A stretch of 63,252 nt of DNA, filler included, from Octopus bimaculoides (GCF_001194135.2; 4 parts of 4 records of this genome joined end to end with filler, not necessarily neighbours in it), one strand, 5' to 3'. Positions 26,281 to 38,180 are shown, counted from the whole stretch's first letter. The notes: a model not told the origin generated them from the letters alone. Numbers and translations are program-made.

Positions 26281-27882
26281 GTGGCCTTAACAAGTAAGGT
26301 AGCCATAGTCCTAGGTGAAAACTTCGCTGAAACAGACTAACCGGATGTCTAAAGTTTTCCCAAGTACGTCGTCGTTCTTCTCCCTCTTAAGCTCTCTACA
26401 GAATGGCAAAGTGTAAGTCCAACCGACCACATTGGCCAGCTTATACAGGTGAGTGCCTGCCTGATAACATTCTAGATATCAGGTGCCTAGTCTTGGTCTC
26501 TTCGCTCGATTCAGGACAGCAGTTCCTCCAGAGACGGATTATGAAAAACACTATAACCTGACAAAAGGCGATCACACCTCAGCATCAATCGATCATGTCT
26601 GTGCACCATTATACGCGATGTACCGAGTCTGTTGCAGAGAGATAGTCTGCCTCACCAACGTCGTTGGTAGTAGTGGTAGAGGGACATCTTGATCAAGAAG
26701 TGAAAGCATTGATATTCCAAACTGCTCAGAATAGGGGAAAATCACATCAAGCAATAGGCTGTGTAAGCTTTCGCCACCCTTGCTAGAAATAGCAGCTAAT
26801 TTTCGTTCGAATCATACTCTACAGTCTTCAAAATGGAAGGAAGAATGTATTGGGCCATGCAATGCTAGATATACAGAAAGACGTGATGGTCATAGCTGGA
26901 ACGCTTTTGATCACAAATATGCTTAATCAAGACTGACTTCAACTAAGCAACAAGACTAAGTTTTGGATATTTGCTTTTTGTTTTTTTACTCTTCTTCTGG
27001 ATACAGTAATTATTATTTAAAACAACCTAATGATTTGTTGTTGTTTAACCCAAGGTCTGTGATTAAAGACGCTCCATCCATGACTAACCTGTCACCTTGT
27101 ATATCTAGGACTACATTATCCAATGTGTCCTTCCATCCTTCAATTTATTTAAGACTATATGGTGTGATGCAAGGGAGACTAAGACCCTGCTATTTCTATC
27201 AGGTCAAATGACTACGAAATTTTTATACTTTGACAGAAATAATGGCTTTTAAGTGTTAATGGTAACTCCATTACACTCTCCTTCCCTCTCCTCCTCCTCC
27301 TCCTCCTCCTCCTCATCATCATCATCATCATCATCCTCATCCTCGTCACCAATACCACCATCACCACCCCCATTACTATCGTTAAAACTACCACCTTTTT
27401 GTAATTATAAACTACACTACATTTAGTAGTAGTAGTAGTAGTAGTAGTAGTAGGTGAGCATTTTAATGGAATTATTAAAAATGAATCATATTAATGTGAT
27501 AATAGAAATCGCTTTAAGCGTTTTAAGTGGCTGAAATTATGTACGAAAATACCAAATGGTTTTCACAGATCAGAGCTTGAAAACCACCCCTTCCTCCAAA
27601 GTTCTTTCAGTGGGTTTGTCTTGCTTTTGTTCTGTTACTAGTTTCACTCACTGGATAGCGGCCATACCGTAGCAGTGCCTTCAAGATTTATTGCAACACA
27701 TTCTTACGTTGTCTGATACGTATTTCGTCGACGTTGGAAGGATGAAGCGTGAAGTTTTTCTTTTCTTTTTCTTTTTACTGCGAATGTAAATACATGGAAC
27801 TAAATACGATTCGATATTTTGTCTCATGGTCTCCTGATTCTGCCATCCAACCGTGTATATTCACGCATATCTACCCACCAAT

Positions 27883-28271
27883 GTGGAGGCGCAATGGCCC
27901 AGTGGTTAGGGCAGCGGACTCGCGGTCATAGGACCGCAGTTTCGATTCCCAGACCGGCTATTATGAGTGTTTATTGAGCGAAAACACCTAAAGCTCCACG
28001 AGGCTCCGGCAGGGGATGGTGGCGAACCCTGCTGTACTCTTTCACCACAGCTTTCTCTCGCTCTTACTTTCTGTTTCTGTTGTGCCTGTAATTCAAAGGG
28101 TCAGCCTTATCACACTCTGTGTCACGCTGAATATCCCCGAGAACTACGTTAAGGGTACACGTGTCTGTGGAGTGCTCAGCCACTTACACGTTAATTTCAC
28201 GAGAAGGCTGTTCCGTTGATCGGATTAACTGGAACCCTCGACGTCGTCAGCGACGAAGTGCCAACAACAAC
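27883..28271 (+). mobile_element. tRNA-derived SINE, group 3, long variant ending in (CAA)n
   Basis: A box TGGCCCAGTGG, B box GTTTCGATTCCC, tail GTGCCAACAACAAC. Confidence 0.85.
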
Positions 28272-28573
28272 CCACCAATACACCCAATCCACTAATAAAC
28301 ACAATAACCGATAGGTTAAATAAGATTAGGAAAGACTGACTAAGTAGATATACGAATTCAGTTTCAACATTACTGTATCTTTTTTCGCGCTGCTTTCGCG
28401 GATTCCCATCACTCACTGTCGCCATCCAGTTCCATTATTATAATATCTTTCATAGAGACTCTTTCATTAGCTGATTACACAACCATAGATGCCATTACTA
28501 TGAGTGCATTGCAGTTACTCTCTTAATAGAGCTTGGTGTACATTATTTACATTAGACGGATATTTGTCCTCAT

Positions 28574-28614
28574 CTTGTTTCGGCTAATATACTCTCCAGC
28601 CTTCATCAAATGTC
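28574..28614 (-). ncRNA. Hammerhead motif, left arm, defective
   Basis: The minus strand reads ACAT-TTGATGA-A-GGCTG(gagagtatat)TAGCC-GAAAC. C3 is changed to T, and the sequence after GAAAC (cleavage site and stem I 3' strand) is deleted relative to the right arm. Confidence 0.65.
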
Positions 28615-28663
28615 TTGGGAAAATTTCGAACCTGGGTTCTCATTCCTAAGGTATTTTTCGATG

Positions 28664-28778
<115 letters not shown>

Positions 28779-28866
28779 AGTCACTACTTAGAATCGAACT
28801 CGGAATCTTGGGGTTAAGAGCGCGAGCTATTAACCCCAAGATTCCGAGTTCGATTCCAGTCAGTGA

Positions 28867-28907
<41 letters not shown>

Positions 28908-28955
28908 TCGAAAAATACTTTAGGAATGAGAACCCAGGTTCGAAATTTCCCCAAG

Positions 28956-28999
28956 ACACCTAATGGAGGCTGGAGAGTATATCATCCAAGACGTTGTGT
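28956..28999 (+). ncRNA. Hammerhead motif, right arm, defective
   Basis: ACAC-CTAATGG-A-GGCTG(gagagtatat)CATCC-AAGA-CG-TT-GTGT. Stem I (ACAC/GTGT) and the ACGT mini-stem III are intact. Core nucleotides are substituted. Confidence 0.65.
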
Positions 29000-29329
29000 T
29001 AACAACAAACAAGATGAGGACAAATATCCGTCAAATGTAAATAATGTACATAATTCCTCATCTCTCAAATATAAAACTGTAGAGCTTGGTGATCCTGACC
29101 GTTGATCTTCTAGGGTTCCTCCACTCAGCATCAATGTAAGATGCTCAATTGGGCTCTTCCGCTAACTTTTCACAATGCACCATGCTGCAGTCTCATGACT
29201 TCGCCATATCCTTGGCAGGGCGGCTGAACGGGTGCTAAACCTTGCCAAAGGCAACTATGCAGGGTATTTTCAAAATACCCGCATACCCAGACTGTACTTT
29301 TTAATATAAGAACAGTCAACTATTTTATA

Positions 29330-30960
29330 CGTTACACATGACTTAGAGACAGGCAGGCATCAACCCCACAGAAAACTGAATGAAAGATCTATATATCACC
29401 ACAAGGATTCCAAAAACCTTCCATTATATTTAGAAATGTTTAAGGCGGGACAGGTTGGCAGAAACGTTAACACGCCGGGCAAAATGCTTAGCGACATTTC
29501 GTGCGTCTTCACGTTCTGAGTTCAAATTCCGTCGAGGTTCACTTTACCTTTCCTCCTTTCAGGGTCGACAAAATAAGTAGCAGTTGAGTCCGACATTGTT
29601 GGCCTTGTGCCAAAATTTGAGATCAATAATCAAGGCGGTGAGCTGGCAGAAGCGTTAGCACAGAAGTCAAAATGCTTAGCGACATTTCGTCCGTCTAGTT
29701 TCAACTTCCGCCGGGATCGACTTTGCCTTTCGTCATTTCGGGGTCGATAAAATACGTACCAGTTGAGCACTGGGGTCGATTTAATCGACTCAGCCCTTCC
29801 CCGAAATTGCTGGCCTTGTGCCAAAAATTGAAACCATTGCATTTAGAAATGTAGCAACGTAAGTAAAAGACTTACTATCATTTCGTTAGATACGGTAACC
29901 TTTAACAAAACTGCCTATTATCATAATAACGCATTAGAAAAAAGCAGATGCAAAGATAACTTTCCCCACACACGTAGAAAACGAAATGTGATAAGGTTCA
30001 TCTTAAACATCAGAAGCATCTTAGAAGTGATTGATAATTTTTCTCCAGCTACTCATAAGTACCACACATTATTTAAAAGAAATATTATCAAAGTCAACTA
30101 CAGCTGTATTAAAAGCATTGGTGGTAACGAACCAACGAGGTTATCCATACATAATCGCTCAATCTTCTACAAATAGTTGAAACGTTTCTTAAGAACATGC
30201 CTTGGTATCTAAAATAAGGTGAGACATTTTGTTTAATGTAACTCTGGATGCTTCTAAAATGATAGGTTGGGCACTACAGAAATGCGTTTGAGCATAAGTT
30301 TTCTGAATCAAGATTTATCATGGGCTAAACAGCAATAACATAGGTAGTGACATATAATCTAAGAAAAAATACCTCAGCTTACAAGAAATTGAATGTAACA
30401 GAAGGTGCATAGAGTTATTCCATCACAACAGCAAATACCAAAATAAAGCTGTTACTTAAGTATTTACTGAAGCTAAACTCTCACCCGTAACTGACTGTAC
30501 AGAGACAAAAAAAGTTGTACATTGGTATGAGTGAAGGCAAATTTAAAAACCGCCACCAGACCGTAAGTCCACCTTCAGGAACGAGAGAAAAGAAGCACAG
30601 AACATATCGATCGAGTCATGTGAAGCGTCTGAAGAGAAATTATATTGATGAGTGTAGTATGCCATGCATAAAGAGAAGGTTCATATTCATGCCAAAATTG
30701 GGCAATATTAAATTCAAATTTGGATATAATATCGATATGTCATCACCAGAACACGCTCTATCAGAGGGATACAACAGCAGATTAATGGACCTTTAAACAG
30801 TCAACGTAGCGGCCGCCTCGGACTCTCGAGGGGAGAACCCTCGGAGGAATCTTGCAGGCCGTAAAAGGGCATTAGTTTTGGGCCACTTCTCGGTTTATAC
30901 GTCATCTGATGAAATTTGAAGTAATGGTGAAATAATCAACTCACGAAATACACTAATAAA
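29330..30960 (+). pseudogene. Penelope-like element remnant (RT thumb, linker, GIY-YIG, terminal region)
   Basis: Frames read RKLNERSIYHHKDS, TFNKTAYYHNNALEKS...RRKRNVIRF, HKYHTLFKRNIIKVNYSC and YIGMSEGKFKNRH. A CTGATGA motif lies at about 30907. Confidence 0.8.
29440..29840 (+). mobile_element. Dimeric group 2 SINE inserted in the PLE
   Basis: Two heads (about 29441 and 29630). The 12-bp direct repeat ATTTAGAAATGT lies at 29428-29439 and 29841-29852. Confidence 0.9.
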
Positions 30961-30993
30961 AAATAAATAATTACATGTGTGTATGCGTGTACA

Positions 30994-31054
<61 letters not shown>

Positions 31055-31056
<2 letters not shown>

Positions 31057-31356
31057 TGTTTGTTCCTTCTCGAGTCATGCCTGACTCATAAAGGCCAGTT
31101 TCCCGGTTTCATTGACGTATAGGTCCCCACCCTTGGACGGGACGCCGATCCGTTGCAGGTGAGCTGCTAGACGCAGGAGGAAAGAGTGAGAGAAGGTTGT
31201 GGCGAATGAGTCAGCAGAAGTTCGCCATTACCTTCTGCCGGAGCCGTGTGGAGCTTAGGTGTTTCGTTCCTAAGCACACACATCGCTTGCTATGGGATTC
31301 GAACCCGCGATCCTTCGACCGCGAGTCCACTGCTCGAACCACTAGGTCATGTGCTT

Positions 31357-31360
<4 letters not shown>
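31055..31360 (-). mobile_element. SINE group 3 head with a different (MetaSINE-like) body
   Basis: The minus-strand head and AAACACCTAAGCTCCAC..GGCTCCGGCAG segment are shared with 27883. It then diverges to CCTGCAACGGATCGGCGTCCCGTCC...GAAACCGGG. Confidence 0.8.
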
Positions 31361-31404
<44 letters not shown>

Positions 31405-32532
31405 ACATATATACACACACCATAAAAGTTAAGGGTATGAGAGGTGAATATACATTTATTTAACCACGTGACATCCTTATATTATGACCATTTCGCAACC
31501 TTGTTCATGTATTAGTCTCAGTGTGGATGAAATTCCATTATATGCATCGTTGGTGTAACCGTTATGTTCTGGTAATCTGATGAGCGAGACTTCTTTATTT
31601 GCATTGATTTGTATGATGCCGAACATGTCAGCATAATTTCTTCCACACTGAAATTAATCTAAAATGAAGAAGGTTGCGAAACAGCCGTAACCCTAAGAAT
31701 GTTACGTGGTTAAATAAATATTTATTCACCTCATACCTCCTGACTTTTATCGTTATAGTGATTATTATTATTATTATTATTATAGAAATGAAGAGGAAAA
31801 GATGGAAGATGAAGACATAAGAAATCATTATGTCGGTAGTGGTGGTGATGATGATTATTAGATTGTAGTTTTTTTTTTTTTATCTGAGATGAAATTAAAT
31901 AACTCTTCATAAAATAATTTCTGTGATCGGAACTTCTGGATTTCTGTTGCTTGGGCACTCTACATTACACTTTGCTATATTAGATTACTATGTGAACTAT
32001 TATCCGAGTTTGCAAGAGGAGCTTTCTGTGATGGCCACACGATTCTCTGAATCTACATCTTATACCACTTATTTATATATACATTATATATATATTATAT
32101 ATACATTCCCCAACTGGACCAAAATTTTCAGGTTCATTTGTTGCTTGGTGTTCATCGTTCGTTTCTGTGTTCACAGCTGAACGACCTAAAAAAGAGGAGG
32201 AAAGAAGAGGCATAAGCAAAAGCATGTAAAAAAAAAATGCAATGGTTGCAGAAGGCTAACACTATAGTTGTATACTCCCAATATATCATGTTAGACGATA
32301 ACACAATCCACTTATCTCTCTTTCGCCCATAGCTCACACAGCACACACAAACCCGTTACTTTTCAGACAGACTTCGGATATGTGTGTATATAGATATATA
32401 GGTATATACATATACATATACTTACACACGCATGCTCACACACATACAAATATATATCACACCTACATACACACATACATACGTCAAGATCACCAGCATT
32501 CTCTCTCTCTCTCTCTCACACACACACAGCTC

Positions 32533-32814
32533 CTCGTATTTGGGTCACCGTTTCTTTCCCCTTTTGTTATCTCCCCTTTTTCTTATCTCTCCTGCGTGAA
32601 CTTTCTGTCCGGCAGTCGCCATGATAAATCGCTGACCAAAACATTCAATTTTTTTTCTCCGTGTTTTTCTCCTTGTTTTCTCCGTATTCTTTCTGTTGAA
32701 GAGCGTAGCTCGAAACGTTAAAGACTTTCTGTATTCCCGAGCGTTAAACTAATACATCCTTTTGTTGTTTACACCACTTATCCTCGTCTGTTGTTTTTTT
32801 TTTCGTAAATTCTC

Positions 32815-32820
<6 letters not shown>
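32533..32820 (+). mobile_element. Short PLE-type terminal repeat (pLTR-like) fragment carrying a hammerhead
   Basis: A pyrimidine-rich segment between microsatellites that contains the motif at 32688-32724 and ends in (AT)n. Confidence 0.55.
32688..32724 (+). ncRNA. Minimal type I hammerhead ribozyme with atypical core CUGUUGA
   Basis: TCTTT-CTGTTGA-A-GAGC(gta)GCTC-GAAA-CG-TT-AAAGA. It has a perfect 5-bp stem I, a 4-bp stem II, a palindromic ACGT stem III and a GUU cleavage triplet. Confidence 0.7.
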
Positions 32821-32848
<28 letters not shown>

Positions 32849-32960
32849 GACAGATAAGCTAATGTTAACATATTTAATTCATGAAACGTTTAAAAATTAA
32901 CTATATGTGTGATGAGACAGACAAGACAGCAGGCAGACTAGTAAACCGAACGGTTGACTA

Positions 32961-33002
<42 letters not shown>

Positions 33003-33003
33003 G

Positions 33004-33061
<58 letters not shown>

Positions 33062-33934
33062 CAGACAGAAATGAGATACTATTAACATATCTCTTACGTG
33101 GAGTATTGATAAGTAAATATGGGATATGCATGGCAGTATATAAAATAGAAATCTCCAAAGAAGTAAGGTAAATCGTTATATATACATAAAGCGTGTGCGT
33201 GTGTGTGTTTGTGTGTGTGTGTGTGTGTGTATCTAATACGATGAGAAAAGTTCCCATGAGTTGAGGCGGCCAAGACAGCTTGGCAGAAATGTTCACCTGT
33301 CAATGTTTGTTGACTTAGCAATAGCAAACGAGGTTTCCAGGAACCTCACCCGACGATGCTAGCTTGTATACACGTGATGCTGAGAATATGAGGAGACAAG
33401 GTGGGTATGTATACACACAAGACAATGAGTAATAACAACTATAGCCACACTCACACACACACACGCTGATACACACACGTTTACAACAGACATAAAGAAT
33501 AGTAATTCGATTCAATTATGTTTTGTGGTATTACGTAGAACCATAGTTTTTCAAAGACTGCTGGATTGCCACTAAGGCTATAGAATAACGTAGGAATTGC
33601 TCCCCTGGGGAGCCTACCACAAACAACTCCCCGCCTCTCGTTCCCATCTTCCTTAAGAAAACAGAAACAAAACTTAACGAGTCAGCACATACCGACGGGT
33701 GAAACACTTTGTGGCTGTTCCACCTACTGAAAACAACAGCCAAATCTCCTTCAACCCTCACCTGATTCTAAACAACAAACTACTCTTTACTGTTTTGATT
33801 TACATGCAAGTACGGCTTACAAAGAACGGATCATGCTTCTATCTCTGTTACTGCTTGTCGTACAAAATGGCAGAGTATTCCGTAGAACAAAGAATCAGTA
33901 ACTTCTTTATGAAATGCCTTTATAGTACATCGTT

Positions 33935-34099
33935 CATTTTTTACTTGTTTCAGTCATTAAACTGCGGCCATGCTGAATTGCTTTGCTTTAAACCTGGTAT
34001 TTATTCTATTAATCTCTTTTGCCGAACCTCTAAGTTATGGGGGCGTAAACACACCAGCATCGGTTGTCGAGCGGTGGTAGGGGACAAACATAGGCACAA

Positions 34100-34110
<11 letters not shown>
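33935..34110 (-). mobile_element. SINE group 1, 3' half
   Basis: TTTTACTTGTTTCAGTCATT...CGGTTGTCGAGCGGTGG (reverse complement of the family 3' half). Confidence 0.8.
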
Positions 34111-34137
<27 letters not shown>

Positions 34138-34139
34138 AC

Positions 34140-34188
<49 letters not shown>

Positions 34189-34669
34189 NNNNNNNNNNNN
34201 NNNNNNNNNNNNNNNNNNNNNNNNNNNNNNNNNNNNNNNNNNNNNNNNNNNNNNNNNNNNNNNNNNNNNNNNNNNNNNNNNNNNNNNNNNNNNNNNNNNN
34301 NNNNNNNNNNNNNNNNNNNNNNNNNNNNNNNNNNNNNNNNNNNNNNNNNNNNNNNNNNNNNNNNNNNNNNNNNNNNNNNNNNNNNNNNNNNNNNNNNNNN
34401 NNNNNNNNNNNNNNNNNNNNNNNNNNNNNNNNNNNNNNNNNNNNNNNNNNNNNNNNNNNNNNNNNNNNNNNNNNNNNNNNNNNNNNNNNNNNNNNNNNNN
34501 NNNNNNNNNNNNNNNNNNNNNNNNNNNNNNNNNNNNNNNNNNNNNNNNNNNNNNNNNNNNCGCCTTTTTATTTACATTCGTATATGACTCGCCCCACGTG
34601 TATATTATACGAAATCTTACGAAAACATCCCGTGTATCTCCATCCGTTCCCATCGCCGGCAATGCTTAT

Positions 34670-34984
34670 GTATAAGGACCCCCTTCGGTCATGAATGACC
34701 ATGGGATTGCACCTAGAGGCACAAATCCGGGCAAGGTTGTTTATGGAAGACCAGCCGTCACCCATGCGTACCAGCCTCTCTCCTCTCCATGCCACTGATG
34801 TTATCCGAGGGAAAAGCAAAGGTTGATACAGCTTGGCACCAGTGACATCGCAACTCATTTCTACAGCTAAGTGTACTGGAGCAACATTGCTCAGGAACAC
34901 AACACACAGCCCAGTCAAGGAATCGAACTCACTACTGCATGACTGCGAGCCCGACGCTCTAGCCACTGAGCCATGCGCCTTTAC
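34670..34984 (-). mobile_element. SINE group 3-type head with a third body/tail type
   Basis: The minus strand reads GTAAAGGCGCATGGCTCAGTGGCTAGAGCG...GAGTTCGATTCC...GTGCAATCCCATGGTCATTCATGACCGAAGGGG. Confidence 0.8.
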
Positions 34985-35233
34985 GGCGCAAAAGATTATC
35001 TAAAAGCCGTAAACTACTCAATGACCCACAAATACATTGAAAGGTTATAGTTGTCTAATAAGTTTGTTGTAAGTCACAAAAAAACAGGCAATCGTTCCCA
35101 GAAATAGGGAGCTAGATTACCAATCATCGGACTTTTAATCTCTGACACAACCTGTCACCTTACATTCAGACATTCAGCAATTGTTCGATGATTACTACTT
35201 TGTCGCTCGATAACAAACTGACTTTTATATGAC

Positions 35234-35284
<51 letters not shown>

Positions 35285-36200
35285 CCATTCTACTATAAGC
35301 ACAAGGCCTGAAATTTTGTGGGGAGGGAGCTAGTCGTTTAGATCCACTCCAGTATGCAACTAGTACTTAATTTATTGACCCNNNNNNNNNNNNNNNNNNN
35401 NNNNNNNNNNNNNNNNNNNNNNNNNNNNNNNNNNNNNNNNNNNNNNNNNNNNNNNNNNNNNNNNNNNNNNNNNNNNNNNNNNNNNNNNNNNNNNNNNNNN
35501 NNNNNNNNNNNNNNNNNNNNNNNNNNNNNNNNNNNNNNNNNNNNNNNNNNNNNNNNNNNNNNNNNNNNNNNNNNNNNNNNNNNNNNNNNNNNNNNNNNNN
35601 NNNNNNNNNNNNNNNNNNNNNNNNNNNNNNNNNNNNNNNNNNNNNNNNNNNNNNNNNNNNNNNNNNNNNNNNNNNNNNNNNNNNNNNNNNNNNNNNNNNN
35701 NNNNNNNNNNNNNNNNNNNNNNNNNNNNNNNNNNNNNNNNNNNNNNNNNNNNNNNNNNNNNNNNNNNNNNNNNNNNNNNNNNNNNNNNNNNNNNNNNNNN
35801 NNNNNNNNNNNNNNNNNNNNNNNNNNNNNNNNNNNNNNNNNNNNNNNNNNNNNNNNNNNNNNNNNNNNNNNNNNNNNNNNNNNNNNNNNNNNNNNNNNNN
35901 NNNNNNNNNNNNNNNNNNNNNNNNNNNNNNNNNNNNNNNNNNNNNNNNNNNNNNNNNNNNNNNNNNNNNNNNNNNNNNNNNNNNNNNNNNNNNNNNNNNN
36001 NNNNNNNNNNNNNNNNNNNNNNNNNNNNNNNNNNNNNNNNNNNNNNNGATTACTGTAGACAATTGTAGGATCATAGTTTAATGCTGTCATTGACCAAAAA
36101 AGGAAGATTAATACAGGCATAACTTAGCTCACATCATTTTCAGTTATGCTTTTTCATCTTTATCACAATGATAAAGACGAAAAATGCATAACTGAAAATC

Positions 36201-36633
36201 ATATACCCATCACGACTACCCGTCTGATAAGGGTACACCGGGCACATGCATCATAACCATATGTATGCGACATAGTGTTCTCATATCAAGATAAACAGCG
36301 CATGACCTTGCAGGTGGGGCCCAGTTACAATTTTTTTCAGGTCGAGTAGCCCATTCCGCTCAAAAAATCCCTGAATAAGGGTTGTTTAAGGATGTTGAAC
36401 AAAACGCACGTTTCCAAAGGTGAATTATTCAAACCCCAAAGAATTCATCTTGACACATGGCTATGATGCTCCACCACTACTTCTGCTCGTGATCAGGGAT
36501 GCACATATCGTCAGCCACTAAAAGACATGCTCAATTGGTTATGGTCAAACAACTGACAAGAATATTTGCTGTAGCTCATCTTCGTATATTTTACCCAAGC
36601 GTCACTTTGATGGCATGCCCTGCTCTCTCACTC

Positions 36634-36634
<1 letters not shown>
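36201..36634. mobile_element. Element X copy with inverted 5' body and sense 3' tail
   Basis: 36201-36488 is the reverse complement of 24060-24338. 36580-36634 is the sense match to about 24343-24396, followed by (TAA)n. Confidence 0.85.
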
Positions 36635-36684
<50 letters not shown>

Positions 36685-36685
<1 letters not shown>

Positions 36686-37551
36686 GCTTAAAATCAGAAG
36701 CAGAAGAGTTTATCATAGCAGCCCAAGATCAATGCCTACCAGCAAGAAACTACCGGGCCAACATATTAAAGAACGGCAGCTGTCCAACATGCCGTGTATG
36801 TCAACAACAAAAGGAAACCATTTATCATGTTGTCTCCATATGCAGTCTTCTTGCGCCTACAGAATATCTCAACGTGCATGATAGAGCAGCACAATATATT
36901 CACTGGGTAATTTGCAAAGATCTGGACTTGCCCCATGATAAAAAAAAATGGAGCGAATACAGACCACCTCCAGTGCTTGCAAATTATCACATCTCACTCC
37001 TCTGGAAATTCACCGTTCAAACTGACAGAAAGACAGACGCAAATAGGCCAGACATTATATTGAAAGACTTCAGACAAAAATCATACCTCCTCATTGATAT
37101 GACTGTCCCAATCGATATAAATGTGTCTGTCAAGACCTACCAAAAACTGAGCAAGTATAAAGATCTTGAAATAGAAATTGGCAAAATGTGGAACCTGAAG
37201 ACTAAAACAATACCTGTTGTCATAAATGCCCTAGGAATGATAGCAAAAGAGGTTGATTCCTACCTAGCTCAGATACCAGGAATCCCCAAAATGGTAGAAA
37301 TTCAAAAGATAGTGCTATTGGAAACTGCCTATATCATACGTAAAATACTGTGTATGTAATCTCAAATTTTAAAACAAACTAATAATTTTCTTATGTTTTC
37401 TTAAACATTCTCTAGAACAATACTATGTGCAAAACCAAATATAAGACACCCTAAGCATAACACCAACATGAACTTCTAACTTGTTGTCTCTTGGGGTTTC
37501 TGAGCGAGACTTGGAGCCAGCTTGTACAAATACAAAGCAAAAGTCAAACAT
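36685..37551 (+). mobile_element. R4/Dong LINE family A, 5'-truncated, with an uninterrupted CCHC + RLE frame
   Basis: ORF to 37359: LKSEAEEFIIAAQDQ, CRVC-x7-H-x4-C, NRPDIILKD...LIDMTVP...KLSKYKDLE. Flanked by TAA repeats. Confidence 0.92.
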
Positions 37552-37593
37552 ATAATAATAATAATAATAATAGTAGTAGTAGTAGTAGTAATA

Positions 37594-37810
37594 ATCCTTT
37601 CTACTATAGGCTCAAGGCCTGAAATTTTGGAACAGGGGAATAGTCGATTACATCTACTCCAGTGCGTAACTGGTACTTATTTAATTGACTCCGAGCGGAT
37701 GAAAGGCAAAGTCGACCGCGGCGGAATTTGAACTCAGAACGCAGCGACGGGCAATATACCACTAAGCATTTCGGCCAGCGTGCTAACGATTCTGCCAGCT
37801 CGCCGCCTTA

Positions 37811-37848
<38 letters not shown>

Positions 37849-37958
37849 CTTTTCTACTCTAGGCACAAGGCCCGAAATTTGGGGGGAGGGGGCCAGTCGA
37901 TTAGATCGACCCCAGTACGCAACTGGTACTTAATTTATCGACCCCGAAAGGATGAAAG
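37594..37958 (-). mobile_element. Two group 2 SINEs within a (TAA)n array
   Basis: A full copy at 37594-37809 and a partial copy at 37847-37958 running into a gap. Confidence 0.9.
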
Positions 37959-37968
37959 NNNNNNNNNN

Positions 37969-38180
37969 ATAATATTCAGACAAATACATAACAAAAACAC
38001 CAGGACTTACAAGTATATATAACATACAGAAAATTGCACTACTGGGCACTGCACACATCCTACGCAAAACACTTTCAATACAGTAACCACAAGAGCATCA
38101 CAGCAAACCACAGCACATACCCAAGGCATACAGAGCTGCACCCGGTAGTGAAGTGAAAGCACGCTATAAAAATAAAACTA

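Noticed and set aside
27890-27960. tRNA-like sequences (also 28812-28870, 31290-31360, 34915-34984)
   Set aside because: They have A/B boxes but no complete cloverleaf acceptor stem, and they run into repeat bodies. These are SINE heads, not tRNA genes.
36480-36520. CTGACGA core on the minus strand of element X as a possible hammerhead
   Set aside because: There is no properly placed GAAA after a stem II and no stem I/III pairing.
36499-36684. N-terminal extension with poly-Asn on the 286-aa ORF
   Set aside because: This is chance read-through from element X and (AAT)n into the truncated LINE frame, not a real fusion protein.
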